64,000 nucleotides of DNA from the human T2T-CHM13v2.0 reference genome, Homo sapiens: assembly GCF_009914755.1 (NCBI RefSeq), contig NC_060930.1. One strand, written 5' to 3'. The notes beneath the pieces are model-generated. The model did not search any database, was not told the DNA's origin, and saw only the letters and a program-made list of their open reading frames with translations. This document shows positions 13,497 through 26,397 of the stretch, piece after piece. Positions within the stretch are counted from its first letter, which is position 1, and each line of letters starts with the position of its first letter. The translations under genes and the position numbers were made by a program.

Positions 13497-13878
<382 letters not shown>

Positions 13879-14505
13879 TAATGTCTTAAACAATGCCTGG
13901 AATGGTATTTCTTTATTTCAATATATATATTGTTCTGAAGTGATTAGGTTATAAAATTACTATTTGAGAAATTTTCTTCTGTTTAGAAACAAAAAAGTTT
14001 GCCATTCCTTCAGAATAGTTGCCATACGATTACCAATTTAATCAATTTTTGAGCACTCTCCACCTTTAGATTCTATTCTATATTCAGGCGATCCAGAGAT
14101 TTAAAAATAAACAATTCCTGCTATCAAGGGCCAAAATCTATTGGGAGAGAAAAAGACATGGAAACAAAAGAAGTAGTTACACTATAGAAGCAGAGTAATT
14201 GGAGTGAGAAACAAATAGAGTGGCTTTGTTGTGATGTAAATTTTGAGTATAAATTTGAAAATCGAACGTGAATTTGGCAGATATATAATTTGAAGGTAGG
14301 CACTCTAGAGAGAAGGCAGAAGTAAACAGACAGTGAAGCCTGCAAGACCTCCATGTGTTCATGGAGCTGTAGGTAATTAGGGATGATTAGAATTCAGGAT
14401 GAATCTGAACAGCATTGTGTCAGAAAAGTAAACTTGCAAGTCAAATACAAGGACATACACCACTTAGTAGACCACAGAAGGCCATTAAAGAGTTCGAACA
14501 AAGAA

Positions 14506-14822
<317 letters not shown>

Positions 14823-15419
14823 TTATTTGAGTTTTAGAAAGATGATCTCAATGGACATGGGGAGGATGAAGTCTATCTAAATAATGGAAAGTGATACCAC
14901 ATTTTTAAAGAAATACTGAATTAACTAAAATGTCAATTATTCCTAATCATCTTAAGGTTTTAATGAAATTGAATTCAAATGCCAATAAAGTTGCCATTGT
15001 TTTTGTTTAGGTGAAGAGAATATGACAAGATGATTCTCAAATTCATGTTAAATTGTTAAGATCATTGTTTTACATTAAATATTTCCAATGATACTCATAG
15101 GAGACTCAAGAGAGGTAAATAAGAAAATTATGCCCATTTGTCAGGTAAGGATTCTGAGGGTGGGGCAATTTAAATAATTTATCCAAAATCACATAGCAAA
15201 TGGTGTGCAATGGGCTTCTGACACCATAGTTTATTATCTTAAAATATTATAGATGACTTCTTTATAGCAATATATCAGAAATTTTGGATAATCTAAATGT
15301 GAAGCTACTGGAGAACAAATACATAAATTAGAGTACTTTCATGTGAAAGATTCATATAAATCATAATTATAATAAACATAAAAGCCTAAACATAATGATT
15401 TAAAGAGAGATAATTAAAA

Positions 15420-16520
15420 TCCTGGATTTTTACAATTTAGGCAGTTTCTGAGAGACATTGTAAATTGTAAAGATATACAAAGTTTAAAAGCAAAGTGATG
15501 GGGGTAAATATATTAAAAAAACACTAACCAAAAGACATCTGGTATTCTTATACAAATAACAGATAAAGTAGATTTCATTAAAATCTACTGATTATAAAAA
15601 GGATTTCTATATAATTCTTTAAAAAAGCATTTCATCCAAAAGCAAAATAATTCCAAATATATATGCATCAAATAAGATAGCTTCAATATGTACAAAACAA
15701 AAACTGATGGAATCATAAAAAGAAACTTACAAATATATCATTAGAGTAGGGGGTTTTAACATGCTTCTCCTAGTAGCATATCAAACAGCAAAAATTTTTA
15801 AGGATATAGATTGAACAATACAAAAATCAGTTTGATCCAACTGGCATATAGAGAACAATGCACTAACAATTGAAAAATACATGTTCTTTTCAAGTATACA
15901 TGGAACACTTAAAAACTTGACCATGTAAAAGGCCACAAAATAACTTCAACAATCTTTGAAAAACTGGAAGCGTACAGATCACAATCTCTAATCACAATGC
16001 TATGGAGTTATAAATTGACAACAAAAAAGTTAAATATCTCACCACCTATACTCCTGGAAGCAAACAAACTTTTACACAACATAATGTTATGAATAACTGA
16101 AATAAAAACTAGATGGGAAATAAAATGTTGTTGTATATAATTAGTTAACACCTAAGGAGCACATACAAATTTGTAAGAGAAATATTAAGATTGCAACAGC
16201 TAATAGCCAAAGGTTAAATACTTGAAGTAAAAATTAACCAATAAGGAAACACAAAGAATACCTAATCTCACTAAGAGTTTAAGAAATACAAATTAACTCA
16301 ACACCAAACTATCATACCAATTAAATTAGCAAAATTTTATTTACTTTTAGAATGCATTGCCGGTTGAGACCAAAACAAAAATTGTGTATTTATGCACTGT
16401 TCATGACAGTGCAACCTGGTACAATTATGGATTGCAACATTGAACCATAAAATTGAACCATAAAAATCTTCCTACACTTTGACACAATAATATCACAATT
16501 TGGAAAGAGTTACTTTAATA
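15420..16520 (+). mobile_element. Very old L1 (L1ME/L1M5) ORF2 and 3' fragments
   Basis: Endonuclease-region remnants (CAGATAAAGTAGATTTC; AAATACATGTTCTTTTCAAGTATACATGGAACA) on an A-rich strand. Confidence 0.7.
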
Positions 16521-17507
16521 TGATTTACTAATTCATGCTTCACTAAAGGAGCCTTTGCTTTTGCCACAGCTATTAGAAGAATTCTGTTTCCTTTACTCAA
16601 ATGAAAAAGGTACCCATTTATTCCATTAACTTCACATAGCCACACGTCTGTAAAAGCCAATATATACAACTTTTTAAGCAATTGTACCATATACCTCCAG
16701 CTAAATATGAGAAATACTGAACAGAGCTACTATCACGTACATTGTGTTGTATCAAAAACATATTTTGCAATAATAACTGTTATTCCCTATTAGGAAAATG
16801 CATGTAACAGGTTTCAAAATGACTGACTTAAAAGAATGTGTATAGAATTGTATAAAACTCTGTTCTTGGCTAGGTTATGTTTATTTCTCCTGGAAGTTTT
16901 AGAGGTTGTTCAATTGTTTGTTTGTTTGTTTGTTTTGAGGAGAAAGCAGAGTAGCAAGTGAACTTGGTCCATTGGCTATTGATACCATTTATTGACGCAG
17001 GTGTTTTCTCCTAAAACAAAGTTTAATAAACGTTTTGAAAAATAAAATTAAAATTGAATGTTTTTAAAAAACCCTTCTTTTGTCCAGCCAGCACAGGTAA
17101 ATAGTTTATTGTGTTGGTTCAAAGTGATCATGTTAGCCATGTTTAGGAGAAATTTGGATCCCCGTCAATGACTTCTGAAGTCAATGACAGAAATGGATAG
17201 AGGAGAGGAGGGAATAGAGGCCTTGGAAGAACAAGCAAGATGACTTACTTAGCAACCCCCTCATGGTATCCTGCCATCGCATTGAGCATCCTTGAAACTC
17301 ACTGGAGCTCCCTTCCTGGAATGCATTTGTACCGAAAGGTAACAACCAAGTTAAATTAATAACCAAAAGATGACTCAGAGAGAAACAAGAATGCTTTTTC
17401 TCCCTACTCTACTATATTTAGAGCCATTTTTCAAAATCAACATCCTCCAAGTCCATGGACTTTCGGAATAGAGAGTTGGGCTTATGAGAAAATTACGTTT
17501 TTGAAGT

Positions 17508-17830
17508 AACTACCATTCATTTAGTGTTTGCTATGTGCCAGCCCAGGTAGATTGCTTCACTTGGGATATTTTATTTAATCCTCACAGCAACTCTGTGACA
17601 TAGACCATTTTATTCTCACCATCAAAAACAATGAGAAAACTAAAGCACAGAGAAGTTTAGTAACTTACCCAAGGGCACATAGCTAGCAGGAGGAGTAGTC
17701 TGGAATCCAGCTGAGAGGAGGATAGAGGCATAGTTATGATCCCCTCTTCAATGAGGTAGAAATGGAGACTCGTTAATTCTTGCCCAGTCTTCATTTAGCA
17801 CATCAGGAAGTGTCAGGTCCAGGAGTTCAG
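17508..17830 (-). mobile_element. MIR SINE(s)
   Basis: TATGTGCCAG...TTTAATCCTCACAGCAAC...GAGAAAACTAAAGCACAGAGAAGTTTAGTAACTTACCCAAGG. Confidence 0.8.
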
Positions 17831-17833
17831 CCT

Positions 17834-18201
17834 TGATGCTATATGCTAATCATGTCTTTTGATTTTCTATATGCTGAAGCTCTTGACATCTGAGCCTTGC
17901 TGAATATGGAGGGACAGCCCCTCTACCCCAGAGCCCCCCAAAATTATTCAAACTAGCCAATCCAAAGCATGTTCACTCTGCTTTGTCTATTCTTTCCCAT
18001 GGAAACCATAAGGCTTCTGTTCACAGTCCCACCCTCCCCCTCTGCCTCCTGACTGACCCTGTTGCTGTCCCTGTGCCCCCTACACCCCATGGCATGGCAT
18101 GGCCCCCCTTTGCTTTTGGGGTCTGTAAATCATTTTTATCAATGGCAGTTATCCCCTAATCTGTTGGCCTCACTATACCTAAGTAATAATAAAACATCAC
18201 A
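17834..18201 (+). mobile_element. LTR47-type solo LTR, internally deleted
   Basis: TTGACATCTGAGCCTTGCTGA...AAATTATTCAAACTAGCCAATCC...TCTGTTGGCCTCACTATACCTAAGTAATAATAAAAC. Confidence 0.7.
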
Positions 18202-18639
18202 TACTGTGATGTCAGTACCTATGGTTTTCCTATCATACCAGATGGACTCCTATTGTTATCAGGTATATATAAAGCTTTCTATGGCCAGGTGGGTAAGCCC
18301 TCTTCTATCTCTCAAATACTTCTAAACATGTGTATAAAAATGGTATTAATGTCTTCAATAGACTTCAATCTATTTAACATGTCAATGTATTGTTTTGCTA
18401 ACATGCAAAGTGATTAAGTTCTAGGAAGAGTTACCCAATTTCTATGGCCAGATCTAATTAAGAAATAAATATTGTTAAAATAAGCACAATATTGGTATAT
18501 TTTTAACACTTAATGATTCATTTTATGGCCTAAGAAATCACTGCTTTTGATACATTGCTACATCAATCTGCTTTAGACATTTGACATGTACATGTGAAAG
18601 GTATGATTTTGACACTTTTCTTGTTAGAGATGTGGAAAT

Positions 18640-18908
18640 GTAATCATCATCGGTTCCAACCTCCGAAATTAAGGTGATAAAAATTACAGATTTTTTTAAA
18701 TTTCCATGTTTTGAAATTATTTTAAATGGCTAAATTGATTTCTACTTTTCAAAAAAATTATAGGGGGAAAAATTCTCCCAGGCTAAGACCCGATCAGGAG
18801 AGTTTTAGCCTGGAGCAAATTTTTACAGCTCAGTTATAAACCCCTGAAATAGGAGTTCATAATGGAAACGGCTGCTCAACCTTAACTATTGCGGGTGCCA
18901 CTATAATA
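18640..18908. mobile_element. Ancient amniote repeat, tentatively MER121-like
   Basis: AGTTATAAACCCCTGAAATAGGAGTTCATAATGGAAAC...CAACCTTAACTATTGCGG...CTATAATA resembles an ancient conserved repeat end. Internal hairpin CCAGGCTAA...TTAGCCTGG. Family name is from memory. Confidence 0.45.
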
Positions 18909-19454
18909 AAAACGGCAGGAGTTCACATTAACATTGGCTTCCCTTACACTCTTTCCTGTTAGCCATCCATTAACCAAACTACACTACCTAATGGAGGTAA
19001 AGGCCACAGCTTTACTCTCAACAAAAATAACAAGATAGCCAACTTACAGGTGGTAAATAACATATTCCCCCAAACATCAGAGTGTACAAACATCCCCTGG
19101 AGGCCACTCTCCAATCTAGAGAATAACATCCACTCCAATGATTTCAAATTAGGAATAATGTCTCAGCCTGCAAAACACTAGGCAATGACACTGATTTCCT
19201 GTTTATTTTTTTAAATGTATTACATTTTCAGTGTTTGTAGAGAGAATAATTTTTTTAAAAACTCCTTTATAATGAGACTATCTTTATATAATACATTCAT
19301 ATATGCTGACAGGTACATGATTTTCCAAAATTAGAAACAATATTTGAATTGAAGTACCTGAATATTTCATTCGTAGACACCACCACAGAGTGATCCAGAT
19401 TAAACTACGGTGGAGTTTTACTTGAGTGTCATCTTTAAAATCCCCAAGAATGAG

Positions 19455-19650
19455 GAAGGAACCAGCATTTTTATGAGCTTATATGCCAGATGCTTTGTGT
19501 CTATTACTTAGTTCTTATAACAAAACCCCACTATTATCCCCCATTTACCTATAAGAAAGTTGAGGCTCAGGTTGGATAAATAAGGTTTTGCTTTCATAGA
19601 GCTCGTAAATGGAGGAGCAGGATGAGCCTCCAGTTCTGTCTTATGGTAAA
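19455..19650 (-). mobile_element. MIR SINE
   Basis: ATTATCCCCCATTTACCTATAAGAAAGTTGAGGCTCAG. Confidence 0.7.
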
Positions 19651-20949
19651 CTAACTGTGCTGTCAGATTACAAAAAGAGAAAGAAGAGAGAACCCACCAC
19701 TTCCAATCATTCATTGTTTCTTTAAGCCTAGTCGAGTAATCATATTAATTGTTTTTCAATCAAAGATAATTGTCTTGGAGAGCTTTAAAGTTTGCAGACC
19801 TTATGTGGAGACTTTGTAAGGCATACTAGATTAATGTATTATAGTTACATAGAATTGGCAGCCAAACATTTTCTGCTGACCAACAGAACTGATTCTTCCA
19901 GGATTTCACGTGACTTCTAAATGCCTGGAAAACTCACCATTCAGTGAACCATGCTGCCTCCCTGGGCAGTGCCCTATAGGCACCTTCCTTACAATGACAT
20001 TCTTTTGAATCTTTAGTCATAAGCAACTTCCCCCACTCCTTGGTTTTGAGCTCCATTCCATAGGTGACAATGTGACAACAGCAATGTTCCAACACACAAT
20101 TCTCAGTCTGTTTTCACATGAAAGTGAGCTTTGTTCAACTTCATTGGAAGCCTATTCCCAACCTATTTTTTCATTTGAAACTCTTCAAATCAAACAGGTC
20201 ACTGAATAAAATGTAAACACTTAAATATCTATGCTGTTAACATAACCACCCTCTGTCCTTTCTCCAAAAATAAACTGAGAACTTGGTTGTGAAAAGGGTG
20301 GGAGGAATGAAGAGACGAGAAAAGTCCCACAGTCTCCGTGAAGCCAGTCTTGACAAACTGGAAGAGAGGCATTGATTTCTACTCAACATAACTCTGAGCA
20401 CGCAACATCCCTGGCTCTTCCCCTATTGTGAAAAATACAGTGGTGCCATTGTCTGTAATGTAAATGTCTTAGATATTTACATGATTTCTGAACTGGGTCA
20501 TTGTTTATATTGTCACCTGTATATGCCGTGATGTTTTTTCCAAATTGACTTCGGAAAGCAAGGTAGCGAGTACATGTCTTTGACTTATTGTGGGACACAG
20601 CACAGCATTATGTCCAGGTGAATATTTTAAATCAATAGTTTGATTTTCATGTGATTTTAGAGAAATCCAGTATTGACATGTAAAGATTCTATTACATGTA
20701 TAGGTACACATTTTCTTTCTGAAGTTAAAAAAAAAAGTTATCTGATAGCTGTGGGAAGCTTTTAAAAGTAATGGACCCTTTTTCTGGAAAAGTGTAGTTC
20801 TCATATATATGATGTTTTATATATGATTTCAGGGAGTTAAAATATCGCTTTATAAACCTATGCAATTCTTAGGAACCAAAAACCCCAATTTAAGACCCTT
20901 GCTCTCTAGGGACTATACTAAGTATAATTTGTTTTCAAAGATTACCCTG

Positions 20950-21243
20950 GGCCAGGTGTGGTGGCTCACGCCTGTACACTTTGGGAGGCCGAGGTGGGTG
21001 GATTGCTTAAGCCCAGGAGTTCAAAGGCAGCCTAGGCAACATGGGGAAACAGTCTCTACAAAAAATTCAAAAATTGGCAAGGTGTGGAGGTGCAAACCTA
21101 TGGTCCAAGCTACTCGGAAGGTTGAGGTGAGAGGACTGAGCCCAGGAGCGGGAGGCAGAGGTTGCTGTGAGCCGAGATCGTGCCACTGCACTCCAACCTG
21201 AGCAAGAGAGCAAAACCTTGTCTCAAAACAAAACAAAAAAAAA
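20950..21243 (+). mobile_element. Alu (J/old S)
   Basis: Dimer with a 7-nt deletion (CCTGTA^CACTTTGGG). TSD AAAGATTA. Confidence 0.93.
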
Positions 21244-21724
21244 GATTATTTTGGAATACATATAAACGAGATTCAGCATCAAAAATTTAAATCTCATTCT
21301 TAGATCTCCCACTGCATGACTTTAAAAATGAACTCTTTATTTTTCTTGGCCAAAAAATACCTTCAACCACAATAGGAAGAGGATCAAGTGTAGGGTCACC
21401 CCAGCACTTTTTTTACCTCAGATAATTTACAAGGGAAGAAAATAGTGGAAAGGCATTTGACTTATTAAATATACACGTAAGTGTATACACACACACGCAC
21501 ACACAGATATAGATACAAATGTATGTTAGAAGATACTTGCCTTGGAAAGCTGTAAAATTCGATGGGATTATTCTAAGGCCTTGTATTTATGCAGATTTTG
21601 AATGATCCGGGAGAAGGTGTTTTGACATCTTGGCCTCTTATGCTAGCTAGGACTGACGATTCCAGGATTTTACTTGATCCTGAAAACACAGACAGTCCTA
21701 TTTCACAGCAACAGAGCGATGATT

Positions 21725-21870
21725 CTTATAAGGGTGGTCCTCAGACCACCGGCAGCAGCACTAAGGAATTCTTTGCAATGCAATTTCTCAGCTCGACCGG
21801 AAACCTGCAGAAACTCTGGGAGTCGTTCCAGTGGCCCAGAGACAGGGTTAACAAGCCCCTAGGGATTAGT
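21725..21870. mobile_element. MER5A fragment
   Basis: GTGGTCCTCAGACCACCGGCAGCAGCAC...CAGAAACTCTGGGAG...TTAACAAGCCC. Confidence 0.6.
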
Positions 21871-22062
21871 GGTTGCGAATCACTCCATTAAAGGGCTTTT
21901 CTGTCCACTGGGAACGGTATTTTAACCTTAGTCTGATTCCAGCGGCACAACTCCGCCCACATACACTTCTCAACTCTCTAAGAGTGACAGAGCATTCCCC
22001 TCCACATCAAGACTTGTTCAGAATTCTTTGTCCACACCAGGACACTAAAGGCTAAGTATAAA

Positions 22063-23584
22063 GGTGGGTTCTTGGTCTCACTGATGTCAACAACGAAACC
22101 GCGGACCCTCGCGCTCAGTGTTAACAATTCTTAAAGCTGGCGGTTCCTGAGTTTGTTCCTTCTGATGTTCAAGATCTGTTCGGAGTTTCTTCCTTCTGAT
22201 GGGTTCATGGTCTACGCTGGTTCAGGAATGAAGCTGCAAAACTTTGCGGTAAGTGTTAACAGCTCTTAAGGCAGCGCGTCCGGAGTCGTTCGTTCCTGCA
22301 GGTGGGTTTATAGTCTCGCTGAGCTTCAGGAGTAAAGCTGCAGACTTTCACGCTGAGTATCACAGCTCAAAAGCAGTGTAGACCCAAAAAGTGAGCAGTA
22401 GCCAATAGCAAAATTTATTGCAAAGAGCAAAAAAACAAAGCTTCCCAGAAGCAAGCTACCGGTGCTGACTGGGGCAGCCTGCTTTTATTCTCTTATCTGC
22501 CCCACCCACATCCTGCTGATTGGTCCATTTTACAGAGAGCCGACTGGTCTGTTTTACAGAGAGCTGATTGGTCCGTTTTGACAGGGTGCTGATTGGTGTG
22601 TTTACAATCCCTGAGCTAGACACAAAAGTTCTCCACGTCCCCACTAGATTAGCTAGATACAGAGTGTGGACTGGTGTATTTACAAACCCTGAGCTAGACA
22701 CAGAATGCTGATTGGTGCATTTACAAACTTTGAGCTAGATACAGAGTGCCGACTGGTGCATTCACAATCCCTTAGCTAGATATAAAGGTTCTCCAAGTCC
22801 CCACCAGATTAACTAGATACAGAGTGCCAATTGGTGCATTCACAAACCCTGAGCTAGACACAGGGTGCTAATTGGTGTGTTTACAAACTTTGAGCTAGAT
22901 ACAGAGTGTTGATTAGTGTATTCACAATCCCTCAGCTAAACATAAAGATTCTCCAAGTCCCCACCAGATCAAGAGCCCAGCTGGCTTCACCCAGTGGATC
23001 CCGCACCAGAGCCGCAGGTGGAGCTGTCTGCCAGTCCCGCACCTGCGCCCGCACTCCTCAGCCCTTGGGCGGTCGATGGGACCGGGCGCCGTGGAGCAGG
23101 GGGTGGCGCTCGCCGGGGAGGCTCCGGCCGCGCAGGAGCTCACGGTGGCGGGGGGAAGCTCAGGAATGGCGGGCTGCGGGTCCCGAGCCCTGCCCCGCGG
23201 GGAGGCAGTTAAGGCCCGGCGAGAAATCGAGCACAGCAGCTGCTGGCCCAGGTGCTAAGCCCCTGACTGCCCGGGGCTTGCCTGCCGGCCGGCCGCCTAA
23301 CCAGCCGCTCCGAGTGCGGGGCCCGCCGAGCCCACGCCCACCCGGAACTCGCGCTGGCCCGCAAGCGCCGCGCGCAGCCCCGGTTCCCGCCCGCACCTCT
23401 TCCTCCACACCTCCCCGCAAGCTGAGGGAGCCGGCTCCGGCCTTGGCCAGCCCAGAAAGGGGCTCCCACAGTGCAGCGGCGGGCTGAAGGGCTCCTCAAG
23501 CGCGGCCAGAGTGGGCGCCAAGGCCGAGGAGGCGCAGAGAGCGAGCGAGTGCTGCTGGGGCTGCCAGCATGCTGTCACCTCTCA
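22063..23584 (-). mobile_element. ERV9 solo LTR, LTR12C/E-type
   Basis: Minus strand starts TGAGAGGTGACAGCATGCTGGCAGC. It has a GC/CpG-rich U3 5' part, a tandem CCAAT/GATA enhancer array (22515-22960), a TATA-like AATAAAAG (about 22482-22489) and duplicated U5 repeats. Confidence 0.96.
22515..22960 (-). promoter_or_regulatory. LTR12 U3 enhancer array (NF-Y CCAAT and GATA repeats)
   Basis: Repeated GCTGATTGGTG...TTACAA...GAGCTAGA(C/T)ACAGAGT units. Confidence 0.8.
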
Positions 23585-24409
23585 AAAGGATCCAACCGAT
23601 TAATATGCGGGCATTTGAGGGGCATGTGAATTTCTTACAGGCTAAAGCCCTTTTCAAACAGCATCTTTCTATGCTCGGATGAATAAAGACAATCCAGTTT
23701 AAGAAAATAAGCAAATGTGCATATTGTTCTTTCAAAAACAATAGGTATTTACTTGTTTAATTTTCCACTTAGGCTCCTCAGTTTATAAGTCCCAGTGAAT
23801 TTTATTAGCAATTTCTTCAGAGAATCGCTGATGATAATTATCATTGAAAAAAAAATCCAAACACTTTAAATTACAGTTACAAATCATATAATTTTTTTTA
23901 CTTTTAATTTTCACCATATTGTACAAATACATCTAATTATTCTCACTCTACATAGTATGCTACAAAGTGCCTTGGGGGACTGATTGGTTTATCAATTCAA
24001 TTGGAAAGTTGGTTGTTTTGATTAACGTCAACAATTATCTATTATAATCAGTATCATAATGCCGTCTAATTAAGACAAAGAAAGTGCTTAAAAATTTCCA
24101 AACCTATTGCCTATATGAGTAAAAAACAAAATTCACAACAACAAAAAGCTGTCTGGTTTCATTCGGTGTAGAAACAGCCCGGCAAACCTCTTTCTCTAGT
24201 GGTAACATTGAATTATAGACCTGTATAAAAATTATCTACATGAAGATAATCTTGAGGCATCAAGAAAAGGTTAGATCAGGTCTGTGCTTGGTTTAAGAAG
24301 GTGGGAGATGGAACTAGGGGTAAGGACTTGGTTGTGTTAAGCAGCTATCCTTGAACTCAGTAAGAAAATAAAGGGCAAAGTTCCTTTTCCCTTAAAAAAG
24401 CCCCTATAA

Positions 24410-24788
<379 letters not shown>

Positions 24789-24809
24789 TGGTATCCAAGA
24801 AGACTCTCT

Positions 24810-25116
24810 CTATATATACATATATATATATGGTCTTTAAATATATATACACACACATATATATACACACACATATATATGTAAATATAAAGTTTTAGGG
24901 CCTTTAAATATATTTTATATATAGATATATTTATATAAATTTATATTAATATATTTATATAAATTCATATAGATTTAAATATATATATTTAAAGGCCCTA
25001 AGACATTATACTTACACATATATGTGTGTACATATACATGCATATACATACATATATTTAAAGGCTCTAAAACTTTATATTTATATTTACATACATATAT
25101 TTAAAGGCCCTGAAAC
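24810..25116. repeat. AT-rich compound repeat with inverted arms
   Basis: Unit ATATATTTAAAGGCCCTAAAAC occurs three times on + and twice on - among (TA)n and (CA)n. Confidence 0.9.
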
Positions 25117-25672
25117 TAATACTGCAAGGGATAAGTCAGTGCTTCTTGAATGTCTTTTCTATCCCAGGGTTGCAGAGGGTTATGGAAGACACCCCTTAGC
25201 GGCCATGGGTGACTGGGCAAGAATGCTATCAGACACAGCCGGATGGCAGGGCTAGCTGCCCACCCCGATCTCCAGAGGGTTCCATCAGAATCTCCAGAGT
25301 CCTGAGTGCACTGAAAGGGCCTCCAGATGCCTGGGCTATGCCCTTCGGCAATTATTTAATAGTTGTGTGTCTCAGCTGAACTTTCAATATGAGGACAGGT
25401 TTGGAATTGTTAAAAGAGAAGCCTAGATGGTCCATCTGTAGACCTATTAAACAAGTAAAAAAGAATCATCTTAGTGTGTTTGGGCTGCTATAAAAACAAA
25501 TCAGACTGGGTGGCTTAAACAATGGAAATGTATTTCTTATTGTTCCAGAGGCTGGGAAATCCAAGATCAAGGTGCTGGCCAATTCAGTTCCTGGTGAGGG
25601 TCTTCTTCCTGGCTTGTAGACAGCGACTGTGTCACTATATTTTCAAATCACAGACCACTATGGTGTTTCTTC

Positions 25673-25968
<296 letters not shown>

Positions 25969-26101
25969 TCTTCTTATAGGGACTCTAGCTTTATCAGATT
26001 AGGGCCCAACTCTTATAACCTCATTTAACTTTAATCACCTCCTTATTCCAAATACAGTTACTTTGGGGGTTGTAACTTCAATATAAGAATTTGGGGCAGT
26101 A

Positions 26102-26397
26102 GGCTGGGCGCAGTGGCTCGCGCCTGTAATCCCAGCACTTTGGGAGGCCAAGGTGAGTGGATCACCTGAGGTCAGGAGTTTGAGACCAGCCTGACCAACA
26201 TGGCAAAACCCCGTCTCCACTAAAAATTAGCCAGGTGTGGTTTCGCACACCTGTAATCCCAACTACTGGGGAGGCTGAGACAGGAGAATCACTTGAACCC
26301 GGGAGGCAGAGGTTGTAGTGAGCCCAGATCACGCCACTTCATTCCAGGCTGGGCAACAGAATGAGACTCAGTCTCAAAAAAAAAAAAAAAGAAAGAA
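26102..26397 (+). mobile_element. AluSx-like
   Basis: Dimer with a 17-bp TSD AAGAATTTGGG(G/C)CAGTA. Confidence 0.95.

Noticed and set aside
22515-22960. Regularly spaced repeats resembling a CRISPR array
   Set aside because: The spacers are themselves repeated. This is the known LTR12 enhancer array in a eukaryotic genome with no cas genes.
22906-23578. 193-aa and other overlapping Pro/Arg/Gly-rich ORFs
   Set aside because: They lie within the GC-rich LTR12 U3, where stop codons are scarce on both strands.
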